A stretch of DNA of 63,501 nucleotides, the filler included, from Deltaproteobacteria bacterium (lineage in GTDB: Bacteria; JAUYMQ01): the NCBI GenBank assembly GCA_030698575.1. It is 8 parts of 8 records of this genome, joined end to end, with 100 filler letters (N's around TTAATTAATTAA, not from the genome) between each part and the next. Parts side by side here need not be neighbours in the genome. Positions count along the whole stretch, not along the records: positions 9,539 to 12,738 come from JAUYMQ010000433.1; positions 12,839 to 16,456 come from JAUYMQ010000441.1; positions 16,557 to 39,851 come from JAUYMQ010000446.1; 5 more parts are not named here. One strand, written 5' to 3'. The position numbers and the translations under genes were made by a program. Positions 10,009 through 19,829 of this stretch are shown here, in pieces (position 1 is the stretch's first letter; each line of letters starts with the position of its first letter). The notes below the pieces were generated by a model. It ran no database searches and was not told the DNA's origin. It saw only the letters and a program-made list of their open reading frames with translations.

Positions 10009-12125
10009 TACGACTTCTCTCCCGCGCCGAGCGCCGCGAGGGCCCCGCGCCATCGCGCCCGGTCGCCCTCATTGCGGGCCCGGTCGATGGCCGCCTGGAG
10101 AGCGTCACGGGCGGCGCCGGGGCGTTGCTTCTTCTTCTCGAGCTCGTAGAGCTGGTAGTGGGGCTCCGGCGCCCCCGCGTGATTGCGTAGTGCGGATCTA
10201 ATCGTAGCTTCCGCCTCGGTCAGTCGGCCTAGGTGCATCTGGAGCTTCGCCAGGTTGAGCAGCAGCGAAGGCTCGGCCGGATCCAGCTCGGAAGCTCGCC
10301 GGTACAGCCTTTCCGCCTCCGTCCACCGACCGAAACCGCTATAAATCCCGGCAAGCTCGTTGGCCAGCACGGCATCGTCCGTCTTTAGACGCGAGGCCAG
10401 TTCGACGAGCACCAAGGCGTCCTGAGGACGCTTGCGAAGCTTCAGGATTCCGCCGGACGCCGCGAGAAGATAAGCATGATGGCGAGCCCCCTCCGGATCC
10501 TCCATGACGCCCCGAACCGAGAATTCCTTCCCCAGGAAACCTCTGAGATCCTCAAAATAGGAATCGACTTCAGCGCGCTCAAGATCGCCGACGGGATTTG
10601 GTTCAAATCGCCAGAGATACCGCCAGGGGCGTAGATACTGATAAACGTGCTGATCGAGCTCGCTCATCGGCTCCCAGAATACCGGCGACTTCCCGAGATT
10701 CTCGCGAAGAAGCACCTGGAAATAAGCATCCCAACGCTCAGTCTCTTCCGTGCGTTCTGGCACAACGATCCGCGGGAATCGCTTGGATGTCACCGGCGTA
10801 AAGTGTTCGGGTTCCAGTAGATCACTGACGAGCAGGATCGTTACGTCGGGCCTCATCCCTTCGACATCTTGGAGATAGCGGAAAGGAAACCACTGAGATG
10901 TGACCAGAACGAGAGCGTTGGGGGGAAGGGGCAGGAGATTCGCCTCGGCCGCCGAGCGGCCACCACCGTGCGCGCGGGCCCCCACCCAAGGTAACGCGTG
11001 GCCGACCTGACTCGCGATGGCCACGACGAGGAGGATCGTAACAAGCACTCGCGCGCGACGTGGCTGGAGCAGCCTGCTATCGATCAGCCCCGCCATCCCG
11101 ACGCCAGCCCAAAGCATGAAGAACCAGAAGGTCGGCAAGTACGCATCCGGGATCGTCCATATCCGAAGAAAGAAGAGAAGGTTCCCGAGACAGAACAGGA
11201 GCGTGAACGTCGCAAGCCCCGGCGCACGTCGGAACGCGAGTAGGAGTCCAAGGAGGCCAAAGACCCATCCCGTTGCGGTCAGTTCACTGTCGAGATTTCG
11301 CGCGAAGACCTTGACATACGGCCACCAGAACTTTCCTGTCGCAAAGAGAATTTCGGAATCCTTGCGATCTGAGACGTGGCTCCAAAACCTCACAAGGGTG
11401 TCGGGGTCACCCCAGTTGAACGTGGGCTCCGTCGCTGCCCGTATCGGCAGGTAGAGGTACACCGAGGCACCCAGGACCGCGAAGAGCAGGATCCAGGCGA
11501 GGGTTCTTGGAAGCCGCACCCATGGAACGCCCTTGAGCACGATGAAGACGAGCGCCGGCGCGAAGAAGATCGCGGTCCCGTGTATCCCCCCTGAAAGGCC
11601 GAATAGCAGAGATCCGCCCAGGAGCCAGCGCGTGTCCCCGGTCTCTTCCCAGCGCAGCGCGAGCGCCACGAGAAGCGCGACGGTGAGAACAAACGGAGCG
11701 TACACCTCGGTCTGGGTAGCGTAGGACCAATAGGTGGGCGCTAGTGCCAGGAGCGTCGCGCATCCTAGCCCAACGATCTGGCCCGACCTGGCCTGCCCCC
11801 CCATCCGCACGTGGAGCCTGGCCACCGACCAAGCGAGCAGGGCGGCGGCCGCCACGGCGCAGACCGCCGAGAAGAGATTCAATCGTACCGCGATCGAGCC
11901 TAGAGGGATTAGCGAGAAGAGTTTCCCCAGCAAGGCGTACGTGGGGGTCCCCGGCGGGTGCGCTATGCCGAGGGTGTACGCAACGGTCACCAGTTCGGGC
12001 GTGTCACTCCACCCGATCGTCGGCCGGAGCGTAAGCGAGTAGATGGCGGCCAGACCGGCCGCCCAAACGCCCAGCTGTTGCCCGCCCCCACTCCCCCTCA
12101 TCCTCACATTCCCCGACAGGTGCAT
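10008..12125 (-). CDS. DUF2723/TMEM260-like GT-C glycosyltransferase with C-terminal TPRs
   Basis: DTPELVT..LGIAHPPGTPTY, TEVY, YLYLPIRA..NWGDP; TPR-like C-terminus. Confidence 0.85.
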   Translation of the reverse strand: MHLSGNVRMRGSGGGQQLGVWAAGLAAIYSLTLRPTIGWSDTPELVTVAYTLGIAHPPGTPTYALLGKLFSLIPLGSIAVRLNLFSAVCAVAAAALLAWSVARLHVRMGGQARSGQIVGLGCATLLALAPTYWSYATQTEVYAPFVLTVALLVALALRWEETGDTRWLLGGSLLFGLSGGIHGTAIFFAPALVFIVLKGVPWVRLPRTLAWILLFAVLGASVYLYLPIRAATEPTFNWGDPDTLVRFWSHVSDRKDSEILFATGKFWWPYVKVFARNLDSELTATGWVFGLLGLLLAFRRAPGLATFTLLFCLGNLLFFLRIWTIPDAYLPTFWFFMLWAGVGMAGLIDSRLLQPRRARVLVTILLVVAIASQVGHALPWVGARAHGGGRSAAEANLLPLPPNALVLVTSQWFPFRYLQDVEGMRPDVTILLVSDLLEPEHFTPVTSKRFPRIVVPERTEETERWDAYFQVLLRENLGKSPVFWEPMSELDQHVYQYLRPWRYLWRFEPNPVGDLERAEVDSYFEDLRGFLGKEFSVRGVMEDPEGARHHAYLLAASGGILKLRKRPQDALVLVELASRLKTDDAVLANELAGIYSGFGRWTEAERLYRRASELDPAEPSLLLNLAKLQMHLGRLTEAEATIRSALRNHAGAPEPHYQLYELEKKKQRPGAARDALQAAIDRARNEGDRARWRGALAALGAGEKS

Positions 12126-12232
12126 GTCCGGGTCTCATCGGCGAATGCTCGACAAACTGAAGCGGGGTCCGGACACCGCCCGGACCCCGCCTCCAGCACC
12201 ACCCGGTCTGCCCCGCAGGGGCAAATCAGGTG

Positions 12233-12634
12233 CTAGGTGCTCACGTCGTTGGTAGTGTTCACGGGCTCCCTCGAAGTCTCATGCACTTCCCAGATGTCCG
12301 TCGTAGCGTCGCCATCGATATTGGCGCTGCACGTCCCCGTGAACGTAGTGGCCGCGTACGTGAATTGCGCGGCGATGTTCGAGTAGTACTTCGGGACCGC
12401 GCTCGGCGTGAAGCCGGCGTTTGAGAGCGTGCCGTAGGTGTTCTGCTCAGCGAAATACGCCTGCTCGGCCGTGTACACCGTGGAAAGGAGCTCCTTCGCC
12501 TCGCTCTGCTTCGACTTCGCCTGGAAGCGGAGGAAGTTCGGGATCGCGATCGCCGCGAGGATGCCGATGATGGCCACCACGATCATGAGCTCGATGAGGG
12601 TAAAGCCCTTCCTGTTGCGCAGATTCCTGATCAT
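12233..12634 (-). CDS. pilA: Type IVa major pilin
   Basis: [26 protein letters not shown] prepilin motif. Confidence 0.95.
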   Translation of the reverse strand: MIRNLRNRKGFTLIELMIVVAIIGILAAIAIPNFLRFQAKSKQSEAKELLSTVYTAEQAYFAEQNTYGTLSNAGFTPSAVPKYYSNIAAQFTYAATTFTGTCSANIDGDATTDIWEVHETSREPVNTTNDVST

Positions 12635-12738
12635 CTCAGCCTCTCCTATTGAAGATTTGGGGCGATCCTTCTTGCTGCGGCCTTGCCGGCTGTCCTGTGG
12701 ATCGGCCCGATATGTTCCGGAAGCCTTGTGCGCGGCCG

Positions 12739-12838
12739 NNNNNNNNNNNNNNNNNNNNNNNNNNNNNNNNNNNNNNNNNNNNTTAATTAATTAANNNNNN
12801 NNNNNNNNNNNNNNNNNNNNNNNNNNNNNNNNNNNNNN
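12739..12838. other. Artificial contig linker
   Basis: N44-TTAATTAATTAA-N44. Confidence 0.99.
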
Positions 12839-13616
12839 GAACGGCCCCGGGCTCGTCGGCTCGCTTCTGGTCGGAGTTTCCTTCGCGAAGGCCTTCGCCT
12901 ACGTGCGGGGGATACCGCTCGTGGGGGTCAACCACCACGAGGGCCACCTGGCGGCCATCTACCTCGACAGCGGTGAGCCACCCTATCCGCATGTGGCGCT
13001 GCTGGTCTCGGGCGGCGACACGAGCCTCTACCGCGTCGAAGCGTTCGGGAACTACCGGCTCCTGGGCCGCACGCGGGACGACGCGGCGGGCGAGGCCTTC
13101 GACAAGGTCGCCAAGATGCTCGGACTGGCCTACCCGGGCGGCGCGCTCATCGAGCGGCTGGCGGCGGAGGGCGACCCTGAAGCCGTGCGCTTTCCCCGGC
13201 CCCATCTGAAGTCGGGGGATCTCCAGTTCTCCTTCAGCGGCCTGAAGACGGCCGTAGCGAACCATCTCGCCCGGCTCGAGAGCCCGCCCGAGGGAGAGGC
13301 GCTGCGCGACGTGTGCGCGAGTTTCCAGGCCGCCGCGATCGAGGTCCTTGTCGAGAAGACGGCGCGTGCAGCCCGGGAAGTCGGAACGGATTGCGTGCTC
13401 GTGGCCGGCGGTGTGGCGGCCAACCGGACCCTCCGCGGGCGCATGGCGGCCCGGCTCGAGGAGGTGGGCGCCCGCCTCGTCTGCCCCCCTCTCTCCCTCT
13501 GCACCGACAACGCGGCCATGATTGCCGCTGCGGGAACACGGCGGCTCCTCCGGGGCGAGCGGCACGGACTCGACCTCGGTGCTCACTCCCGCCTCTCGCT
13601 GGACGGCTCGGCGTGA
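12839..13616 (+). CDS. tsaD: tRNA N6-adenosine threonylcarbamoyltransferase (5' truncated)
   Basis: PGLVGSLLVG, VNHHEGH, TRDDAAGEAFDKVA, FSFSGLKT, GGVAAN, CTDNAAMIA. Confidence 0.95.
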
Positions 13617-14503
13617 GCGAGGGTGACCGGCGATCCGCGCGCCGCCCTCCTTCCGACAGCTCCGCCCGGAGCCTTCTCGAACGTCACGGCATCCGCCCCA
13701 GCCGGCGAAAGGGGCAGAGCTTCCTCATCCAGCCCGACATCGCGCGGCGCATCGCTCTGGCCGCCGAGATCCCGCCCGGGGCCACGGTCATCGAGATCGG
13801 GTCGGGCCTCGGAATCCTGACGCGCGCCATGGCGCCCCTCTGCCGCCGGCTGCTCGCCGTCGAGATCGATTCTCGGCTGGTGCGCGTGCTCTCGGAGGAG
13901 GGATCGCTGCCGCCGAACGTGGAGGTCATCGAAGGCGACGCTCTTGAAACGGACCTGGGCGCGATGGCGCGGCGGTGGCGCGCGCCTGCCCTCGTCGTGT
14001 CAAACCTTCCCTACGCCGCGTCGACGCCCTTGCTCTTCCGGCTTCTCGAAGCCGGACCCGTGATCCAGCGCTGGGTGCTGATGCTCCAGCGCGAGGTGGC
14101 CGAACGCATCCTGGCGGCGCCGGGGAGCAAGGTCTATGGAGCTTTGACGGTCCCTCTCCAGCTCTTCACCGACGTTGAGCGGCTCTTTTCCGTGGGACGC
14201 ATGAATTTCCATCCCCGTCCCGATGTCGATTCCGTCGTTCTGCGCTTCGATGTCCGGCCGCCGGAGGCATCCGGCGTGACCGACCCGGCGCTTCTGCGCG
14301 CCGTCGTCCGGGCGGCCTTCGGTCGCCGGCGGAAGACCCTGGCAAACGCCCTCGCGCCGCTTGTGGGCGAGGGCGGGAGCGCCCTCCTGGAAGAGGCCGG
14401 GATCGATCCGCGGGCGCGGGGCGAAACGCTCGCACCCGGGGATTTCGCCCGGCTGGCAAACGCGCTCCACCGGGCCGGCCTTGAGGCTGTCCGGGGCGCG
14501 TGA
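13613..14503 (+). CDS. rsmA: 16S rRNA adenine dimethyltransferase
   Basis: KGQSFL, IEIGSGLG, VSNLPY, MLQREVAERI, RRKTLAN. Confidence 0.95.
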   Translation: MSEGDRRSARRPPSDSSARSLLERHGIRPSRRKGQSFLIQPDIARRIALAAEIPPGATVIEIGSGLGILTRAMAPLCRRLLAVEIDSRLVRVLSEEGSLPPNVEVIEGDALETDLGAMARRWRAPALVVSNLPYAASTPLLFRLLEAGPVIQRWVLMLQREVAERILAAPGSKVYGALTVPLQLFTDVERLFSVGRMNFHPRPDVDSVVLRFDVRPPEASGVTDPALLRAVVRAAFGRRRKTLANALAPLVGEGGSALLEEAGIDPRARGETLAPGDFARLANALHRAGLEAVRGA

Positions 14504-15204
14504 TAGATAGGAAAGCCGGTCCGACCCGGAACCGGCGCAACCCGCGGGGCCGTCGCTTGGACAAGCCGCGTTATATCGTGGTGGAGGGACCCATCGGCGT
14601 CGGCAAAACGACGCTCGTCGAGATGCTCATCAAGGAGCTCGATGCCCTCCCGGTGTACGAGGCGGTCGAGCAGAACCCCTTCCTCGAGAAATTCTACGAA
14701 GACCGGGTCAAGTACGCCTTCCAGACCCAGCTCTTTTTCCTGCTCTCCCGTTACCAGCAGCAGCGCGAGATCAACCAGCCCGAGCTGTTCCGGCGCACCG
14801 TAGTCTCCGACTACCTCTTCGCCAAGGATCGGATCTTCGCCTTCTTGAACCTCTCGGACGACGAGCTTTCACTCTACGAGCAGGTTTTCCGGATGCTCGA
14901 CGCCCAGATTCCCCGCCCCGACCTGGTCATCTACATGCAGGCGTCTTCCGACGTGCTCGAAGAGCGCATCGCGCTTCGCGGCAAGTTCTTCGAGCGACAC
15001 ATCACCCGCGAGTACCTCGACGCGCTTTCCGAGGCGTACGCCAACTTCTTCTTCCACTACGCCGACAGCCCGCTCCTGACCATCAACACGAGCGAGATCG
15101 ATTTTGTGAAGCACCCTGAGGATTTCGCGCTGCTGGTCAAGGAGATAAAGGCGCTGAAGCGGGGGGCGAAGAGCTTCGTCCCCCAGGCTGGGCGAAAACG
15201 CTAG
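14500..15204 (+). CDS. Deoxynucleoside kinase (start may be TTG 14557)
   Basis: VEGPIGVGKTT, NPFLEKFY, FQTQLFFLLSR, KDRIFA. Confidence 0.92.
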   Translation: MIDRKAGPTRNRRNPRGRRLDKPRYIVVEGPIGVGKTTLVEMLIKELDALPVYEAVEQNPFLEKFYEDRVKYAFQTQLFFLLSRYQQQREINQPELFRRTVVSDYLFAKDRIFAFLNLSDDELSLYEQVFRMLDAQIPRPDLVIYMQASSDVLEERIALRGKFFERHITREYLDALSEAYANFFFHYADSPLLTINTSEIDFVKHPEDFALLVKEIKALKRGAKSFVPQAGRKR

Positions 15205-15214
15205 CGCCCGGTTC

Positions 15215-16225
15215 CTAGAACTCCTCGGGGCGGAGCTGGCGCACCTTGACGCCCGCCTCGTGGAGGAGCTGGATGGCGGTGTTCTGGAGCGTGTAGGCGG
15301 AGCCGTATATCAGCTCGCTGAGTCCCGCGTTGATGATCATCTTCGTGCAGAGAAGGCATGAGGAGTAGGTCGTGAAGATGATGGCGTCCTTCACGCTGGT
15401 TCCGTGATAGGCGGCCTGCGTGATGGCGTTCTCCTCGGCGTGCGAGCAGAGGCATTCAGAAAGGTTCGCGCCCGTGGCGCCGAGAGCCTGGCACCGGGGG
15501 CACCCCCCCTCATTGCAGTTCTTCGTTCCCCGCGGCGTGCCGTTGTACCCGGTCGAGATGATCCGCTTGTCCTTCACGATTACCGCGCCCACTTTCCGCT
15601 TCACGCAGTTCGAGCGCGACGCCACTACCTTGGCGATGGACATGCAGTACTCATCCCAACCGGGTCGCCTAAAATTTCCGATGAGTTTCGACACGAGGGC
15701 CGCCGAGTCGGCCTCGAACTCCGATATCGTCCCGTCGTTCACGAGCACGTAGTCGGCCATCTCCTCGACGCTCCGGATTTGCTGAGCATTGGCGTCCTCG
15801 GAGCCCGCCTCACGAGCATCGAGCGCCTTGAATGCCTCCCAGACGTCCGGATCCCCCTCGCGCGCCCGCGCTTTCAGGCGCTCGAAGCGGAGTTCCGTCG
15901 ATGCCTCGACCCGCAGCAGCGTGAAACTGCCGAACCGCCGGAGCGCCTCGACTTCGGCCGGGTGCCGGATGGAGTCGATGACGTGATTGCGGTCCCGGTC
16001 GAGCTTGGCAATCACCCGCTCGGCGAGGACGGCGGTGCCTTCCTTCGCACGCAGTTCGGTGCCAATGCGAATCAGATTCTCCCGGGTAACAGGGACGTTC
16101 CGGGCGGCCAGCTCTTCGCGGATTTCGTCGGAGAGCGAGTGGAAGACGAAGCTCCGCACCTTCAGGAAGTCCGCCAGCACTCCTTTTCCCGAACCATTCG
16201 GTCCCGTGAGGCCGATGACTATCAT
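15215..16225 (-). CDS. P-loop NMP-kinase-like domain fused to dCMP deaminase
   Basis: GLTGPNGSGKG Walker A; RPGWDEY..SRSNC..STGYNGTP..HAEENAI..SCLLC. Confidence 0.88.
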   Translation of the reverse strand: MIVIGLTGPNGSGKGVLADFLKVRSFVFHSLSDEIREELAARNVPVTRENLIRIGTELRAKEGTAVLAERVIAKLDRDRNHVIDSIRHPAEVEALRRFGSFTLLRVEASTELRFERLKARAREGDPDVWEAFKALDAREAGSEDANAQQIRSVEEMADYVLVNDGTISEFEADSAALVSKLIGNFRRPGWDEYCMSIAKVVASRSNCVKRKVGAVIVKDKRIISTGYNGTPRGTKNCNEGGCPRCQALGATGANLSECLCSHAEENAITQAAYHGTSVKDAIIFTTYSSCLLCTKMIINAGLSELIYGSAYTLQNTAIQLLHEAGVKVRQLRPEEF

Positions 16226-16456
16226 CGTGTCTCCTCCGTGGGCTCGGCCGCGATGGGCGGCCGGGCGCCAGCGACACCTTGCCACGCCGAAGCGCCGCCG
16301 CGCAACGCCCTTGGCCTCCCCCGCCGGTCGCCCGGACGGCGCGACCGGGACAGTCCCGCCCCGGCACGGGCACCTGACGCCGGGGGGACAGTCCCTGGGT
16401 CGCGCGCCCAACGCGAGACCCCCGGCCTTGCGGACCGGGGGTCGAGGAAACGCGAG

Positions 16457-16556
16457 NNNNNNNNNNNNNNNNNNNNNNNNNNNNNNNNNNNNNNNNNNNN
16501 TTAATTAATTAANNNNNNNNNNNNNNNNNNNNNNNNNNNNNNNNNNNNNNNNNNNN
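16457..16556. other. Artificial contig linker
   Basis: N44-TTAATTAATTAA-N44. Confidence 0.99.
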
Positions 16557-16587
16557 CCTCTCCCGGTCGGGAGGAGGACCCATGGGG

Positions 16588-16703
16588 GGTGATCACGATG
16601 ACCGATCCAGGTGATCACGATGCCGATCTAGGTGATCATGATGGTCCGATCTAGGTGATCACGATGCTCCGATCCAGGTGATCACGATGGAGCGAAACGC
16701 GCA
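16588..16703. mobile_element. IS21-family terminal end with multiple internal repeats
   Basis: Five GGTGATCA(C/T)GATG copies at 16588, 16610, 16631, 16654 and 16677, ending GAAACGCGCA (terminal CA); lies at a contig edge. Confidence 0.75.
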
Positions 16704-16730
16704 GGACCGGGCGTGGGATGATGTTTACGG

Positions 16731-16895
16731 CCCAGTTCAATTTGATAGGGGAAATTGCAGAATCGAACCCTCGTCCGAACGTAGAGAATGTTTCGATCTT
16801 AGGTACATTCCCTCCACCTAGTTGAGACAGTCGGGAAAATTCCCCGATCGGCGAGCCTGGCGGACAGAATCCGTCAGGCTCGTTGCCTTTTCTTC
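16731..16895 (+). repeat. Structured dispersed repeat, copy A (5' part lost next to the IS21 end)
   Basis: CCCAGTTC..TAGGGGA..AGAGAATGTTTCGATC..TTCCCTCCACC plus two hairpins shared with copies B-F. Confidence 0.75.
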
Positions 16896-17123
16896 TATTG
16901 CTTCCACTACTTGACGCAGTCCTGATCTTCCAGACAAGTTCGGACTTGCCAGCTGTCCCGGGGGTCGGTGAACTCGATCGGCATGCAGGGGAGCCCTGGC
17001 ACGATATCGGCCTCGCCGAACCTGCTGAACTGTGATCGATGTATTCGAAGGCGGTGTGTGATTGGCTAGGGGTGGAAAAAGGTGAATGATCTCGAGCTAG
17101 ATGAGCCCTCGGAAACGAGGGGT

Positions 17124-17158
17124 TTGACAGAGGAATTTAGTATGACATATTGTCATAC
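17124..17158 (+). promoter_or_regulatory. TA operon promoter with palindromic operator
   Basis: TTGACA at 17124; perfect inverted repeat GTATGACA-TAT-TGTCATAC at 17140-17158. Confidence 0.7.
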
Positions 17159-17170
17159 CGGAGGCAACGC

Positions 17171-17413
17171 ATGGCCAGATCCAAAGTCGCCGTCACGCTC
17201 GAAGCCGAGACGCTCAACAAGCTGGATCGGCTTGTCCGGAAGAAGAGATTTCGCAGTCGGAGCCAGGCTATCCAGGAAGCCGTGGAGGAGAAGCTCGATC
17301 GCGTGGAACAGAGCAGCCTCGCGCGCGAGTGCGCGAAGCTCGATCCGAATTTCGAGAAGTCACTGGCGGAGGAAGGGATGTCCGAGGACGTGGGCTCGTG
17401 GCCCGAATACTGA
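17171..17413 (+). CDS. Ribbon-helix-helix (CopG/MazE-like) antitoxin
   Basis: [21 protein letters not shown]; overlaps the toxin start. Confidence 0.88.
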   Translation: MARSKVAVTLEAETLNKLDRLVRKKRFRSRSQAIQEAVEEKLDRVEQSSLARECAKLDPNFEKSLAEEGMSEDVGSWPEY

Positions 17414-17736
17414 GGGGAGAAATTCGCTGGGCCGACCTTAACCCGACACGCGGCCGGGAGCAGGCAGGCCAGCGGCCGGTGCTGATCCTGAGTCAGGACG
17501 TCTTCAACGAGCGCTCGGGAACCGTCATCGCCATGGCCCTGACGAGCCAGCCGCAGCGCGCAGGATTTCCGCTGACCCTGGAGCTGGAATCAAGAGGTCT
17601 TCCCAAACGCTCGTGGGTCAAGATCAGCCAGATTCGAACGTTGTCTATTGAACGCATCGGAAAACGCTTGGGGCGAGCCTCCGCGGAAGATATGGGTCAA
17701 GTTATACAAGGCCTGAACGAGATCGTCGGCGCCTGA
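17398..17736 (+). CDS. mazF: PemK/MazF family endoribonuclease toxin
   Basis: [35 protein letters not shown]. Confidence 0.93.
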   Translation: MARILRGEIRWADLNPTRGREQAGQRPVLILSQDVFNERSGTVIAMALTSQPQRAGFPLTLELESRGLPKRSWVKISQIRTLSIERIGKRLGRASAEDMGQVIQGLNEIVGA

Positions 17737-17751
17737 CCGAGGCTCGCGGGC

Positions 17752-17910
17752 GAGAGAATTCTCGATCCCGGGTCCATTCCCTCCACCAATCTGAACCTCG
17801 CGGAAGTTCTCCGCGCGACGAGTCCGCCAGTGATGACTTGGCGGGCTCGTTTTATATGCCCAGTTTCCACCTTTATTTCGGGATGGCGGTGCGGCGGGCA
17901 GAATCCTCGC
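17752..17910 (+). repeat. Structured dispersed repeat, copy B (3' half)
   Basis: GAGAATTCTCGATCCCGGGTCCATTCCCTCCACCA, two hairpins, and a tail nearly identical to copy D. Confidence 0.8.
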
Positions 17911-17950
17911 GGAGTCCCGTGAGGTTTCGAGAGCAGCCGTAGCGGCCGAG

Positions 17951-18304
17951 CTAAGGCACCGAGTGATCTTTCCCATGAATCAGGACCACGAGGCTGGGCC
18001 GCCAATCCTTCCATAGCTTGGTCAGGACAATCCAGAAGAGGCGGTCGGCCCGGCGGATCTGTGGGCGTTTCACATTCCTTTGAAAAACGAGGAGTTGTTG
18101 GCGGAGGGCGACGATCTCAAGAAGGGGCTCGGAACGGTCCCGGCCGAGGTCCCGCAGGAGGGTAAGAAGAAGACGGAGGAAGGACATCGGCGGCTGCCCG
18201 AGTGAGCGGTGCCATCGTGGGCGGCAGAAAGTCGGGAAGCATGCGTTCCGACTGTGATAATCTCAAGCTGGCCTGAGGCCGACGAATTCTTTGCGCTCCA
18301 CAGG
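17951..18304 (-). mobile_element. Truncated IS: left end plus N-terminus of an rve integrase-core (IS3/IS481-like) transposase
   Basis: LLEIVALRQQLLVFQR..RPQIRRADRLFWIVL..W; CCTGTGGAGCGCAAAGAATTC end on the minus strand at ~18303. Confidence 0.7.
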
Positions 18305-18323
18305 GCTGGGCCAAGGGGGACAG

Positions 18324-18869
18324 ATGGCCAAGAAATGCTTGAAATGTGGCTATGAAAGGCAAGCCTCCGATATATCGCCAGATTATGAATGCCCTGGCTG
18401 TGGTGTTATTTATGCGAAAGTAGAATCGGCTCGTGGGCCAAAGCACTTGCATGAAGTTGAGTCCATGACAGTGGGGGAAGACCCAACCGAGTGGGGCTCG
18501 ATACGGTGGCTTTCTGCGATAACTGCGTTCTATATCGTTGCATTTATGCTGAAAATGGGCGAACCGGACAAGCTGTGGTGGTGGCTGATAGCCCTCGTAT
18601 TTTTTGGCTGGCTTTACTCTCCGTTTCTACTGCTCATAAACTTCAGTATGGAAAACAAAAAAGACTCTTCCGCGCTGCGCGTCGTGTTCGTAGCAATGCT
18701 TTTCAATTCGGTTTCCGGCCTCTATCTGTCGTATGAAGCATTTGTCGTATCAAGAACCGACGCAGGCGGTGCAATGATGTTTGGCGTATTGCCAATGTAC
18801 CAACTCGTCATTTCTGCCATCGGAATCGCGGTTGCAAAAGGACAGGCGACAAGGCCCGGATCCACCTGA
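18324..18869 (+). CDS. Zinc-ribbon plus multi-TM hypothetical protein (AT-richer than host)
   Basis: CLKC..CPGC N-terminus and about four TM segments; GGGGGA RBS. Confidence 0.75.
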   Translation: MAKKCLKCGYERQASDISPDYECPGCGVIYAKVESARGPKHLHEVESMTVGEDPTEWGSIRWLSAITAFYIVAFMLKMGEPDKLWWWLIALVFFGWLYSPFLLLINFSMENKKDSSALRVVFVAMLFNSVSGLYLSYEAFVVSRTDAGGAMMFGVLPMYQLVISAIGIAVAKGQATRPGST

Positions 18870-19140
18870 CCTGTGGGTGGCGAATTCCAATTTGTGGCTG
18901 AAAACGAGCGATTCGGCCGGGTTGCTCTGGGGCGCCGTTTGGAACCCAGTTCGGTTCAGTAGGGGAGTCTCGGTATCGAGTCCAAGTCCAAACAGCAGAG
19001 AATGTTTCGATCCCGGGCCCGTTCCCTTCACCAATCCGACCATCGCGGAAACCCTCCGCGCAACGAGCCCGCCAGGCAAGTTCTGGCAAGCTCGTTTTCT
19101 ATGCCCAGTTTCGTATGATTGGCAATTCGCCGTGCACAGG
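18870..19140 (+). repeat. Structured dispersed repeat, copy C (most complete; MITE-like with terminal inverted repeats)
   Basis: Left CCTGTGGGTGGCGAATTCCAA; right TTGGCAATTCGCCGTGCACAGG. Confidence 0.85.
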
Positions 19141-19297
19141 TAGAATGCTCAACACCGCGCCGGCCGGTCTGGAGGCCTCGGGCTGTCCGGAACCGTCGCG
19201 TCCAACGAAGGTCACGATGAATGCCGAGCGACGCGCCCTGTGCGAACACACGATTTTGAAGAGCGCTTCGTCGGCAGGCCCGGCACGGACAGTCGTA

Positions 19298-19759
19298 TCA
19301 GGGCTGAACCGTGCCGTCGGGGCTGACCGAAAAACTCAATGCCGGGTGGCCGTCGACCTGGATGACGCGCGTGAGCTGGACGCCATTTGCCGACAAGCCC
19401 CGGGTCACCAAGGGTTCCCGGCCGGGATCGATGTCGCAAAGCGCGATGTCGTACAGCATGACCCATTGTCGCTCGCCGGCCGACACCGCCTCGAGGCGGG
19501 CTGCAAGGCGGCGTCCTTCGATCGGTTCCAAACTCACGGACGGACCCCAACTCGTGTACAGGACCAGATCAGACACCGCGTAGGAATGAATACAGTGGGT
19601 CCAGTTGGGATCGGAGGATCCGGACGCTTCGTTCTGCTGGACATATTCGAACGATACGGCGACTTCCCTCGCCGCTCCGGGAGGCTGCCCATTGCAGCTC
19701 CAGGCTGCGGCAATCACCCCCAAAACGGCAATTGATCCGACAAGACGGTATGGTCTCAT
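19298..19759 (-). CDS. Hypothetical lipoprotein
   Basis: MRPYRLVGSIAVLGVIAAAWSC lipoprotein-type signal. Confidence 0.65.
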   Translation of the reverse strand: MRPYRLVGSIAVLGVIAAAWSCNGQPPGAAREVAVSFEYVQQNEASGSSDPNWTHCIHSYAVSDLVLYTSWGPSVSLEPIEGRRLAARLEAVSAGERQWVMLYDIALCDIDPGREPLVTRGLSANGVQLTRVIQVDGHPALSFSVSPDGTVQP

Positions 19760-19829
19760 GGTTCGGGCGCTCCCTGACGTTCGAGCCCGGCGGCGGGCTA
19801 ATCGCTTCCGCGAAGCATACAAGAACGAA

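Noticed and set aside
16588-16703. Short periodic repeats resembling a CRISPR array
   Set aside because: The period is only 21-23 bp with near-identical inter-repeat sequence, there are no unique spacers or cas genes, and the terminal ..CGCGCA fits an IS21-type end.
18750-19249. Short ORFs starting MPGGLVARR.SAM (also 25171-25473) suggesting a small protein family
   Set aside because: They are translations of the non-coding repeat; frames and lengths are not conserved between copies.
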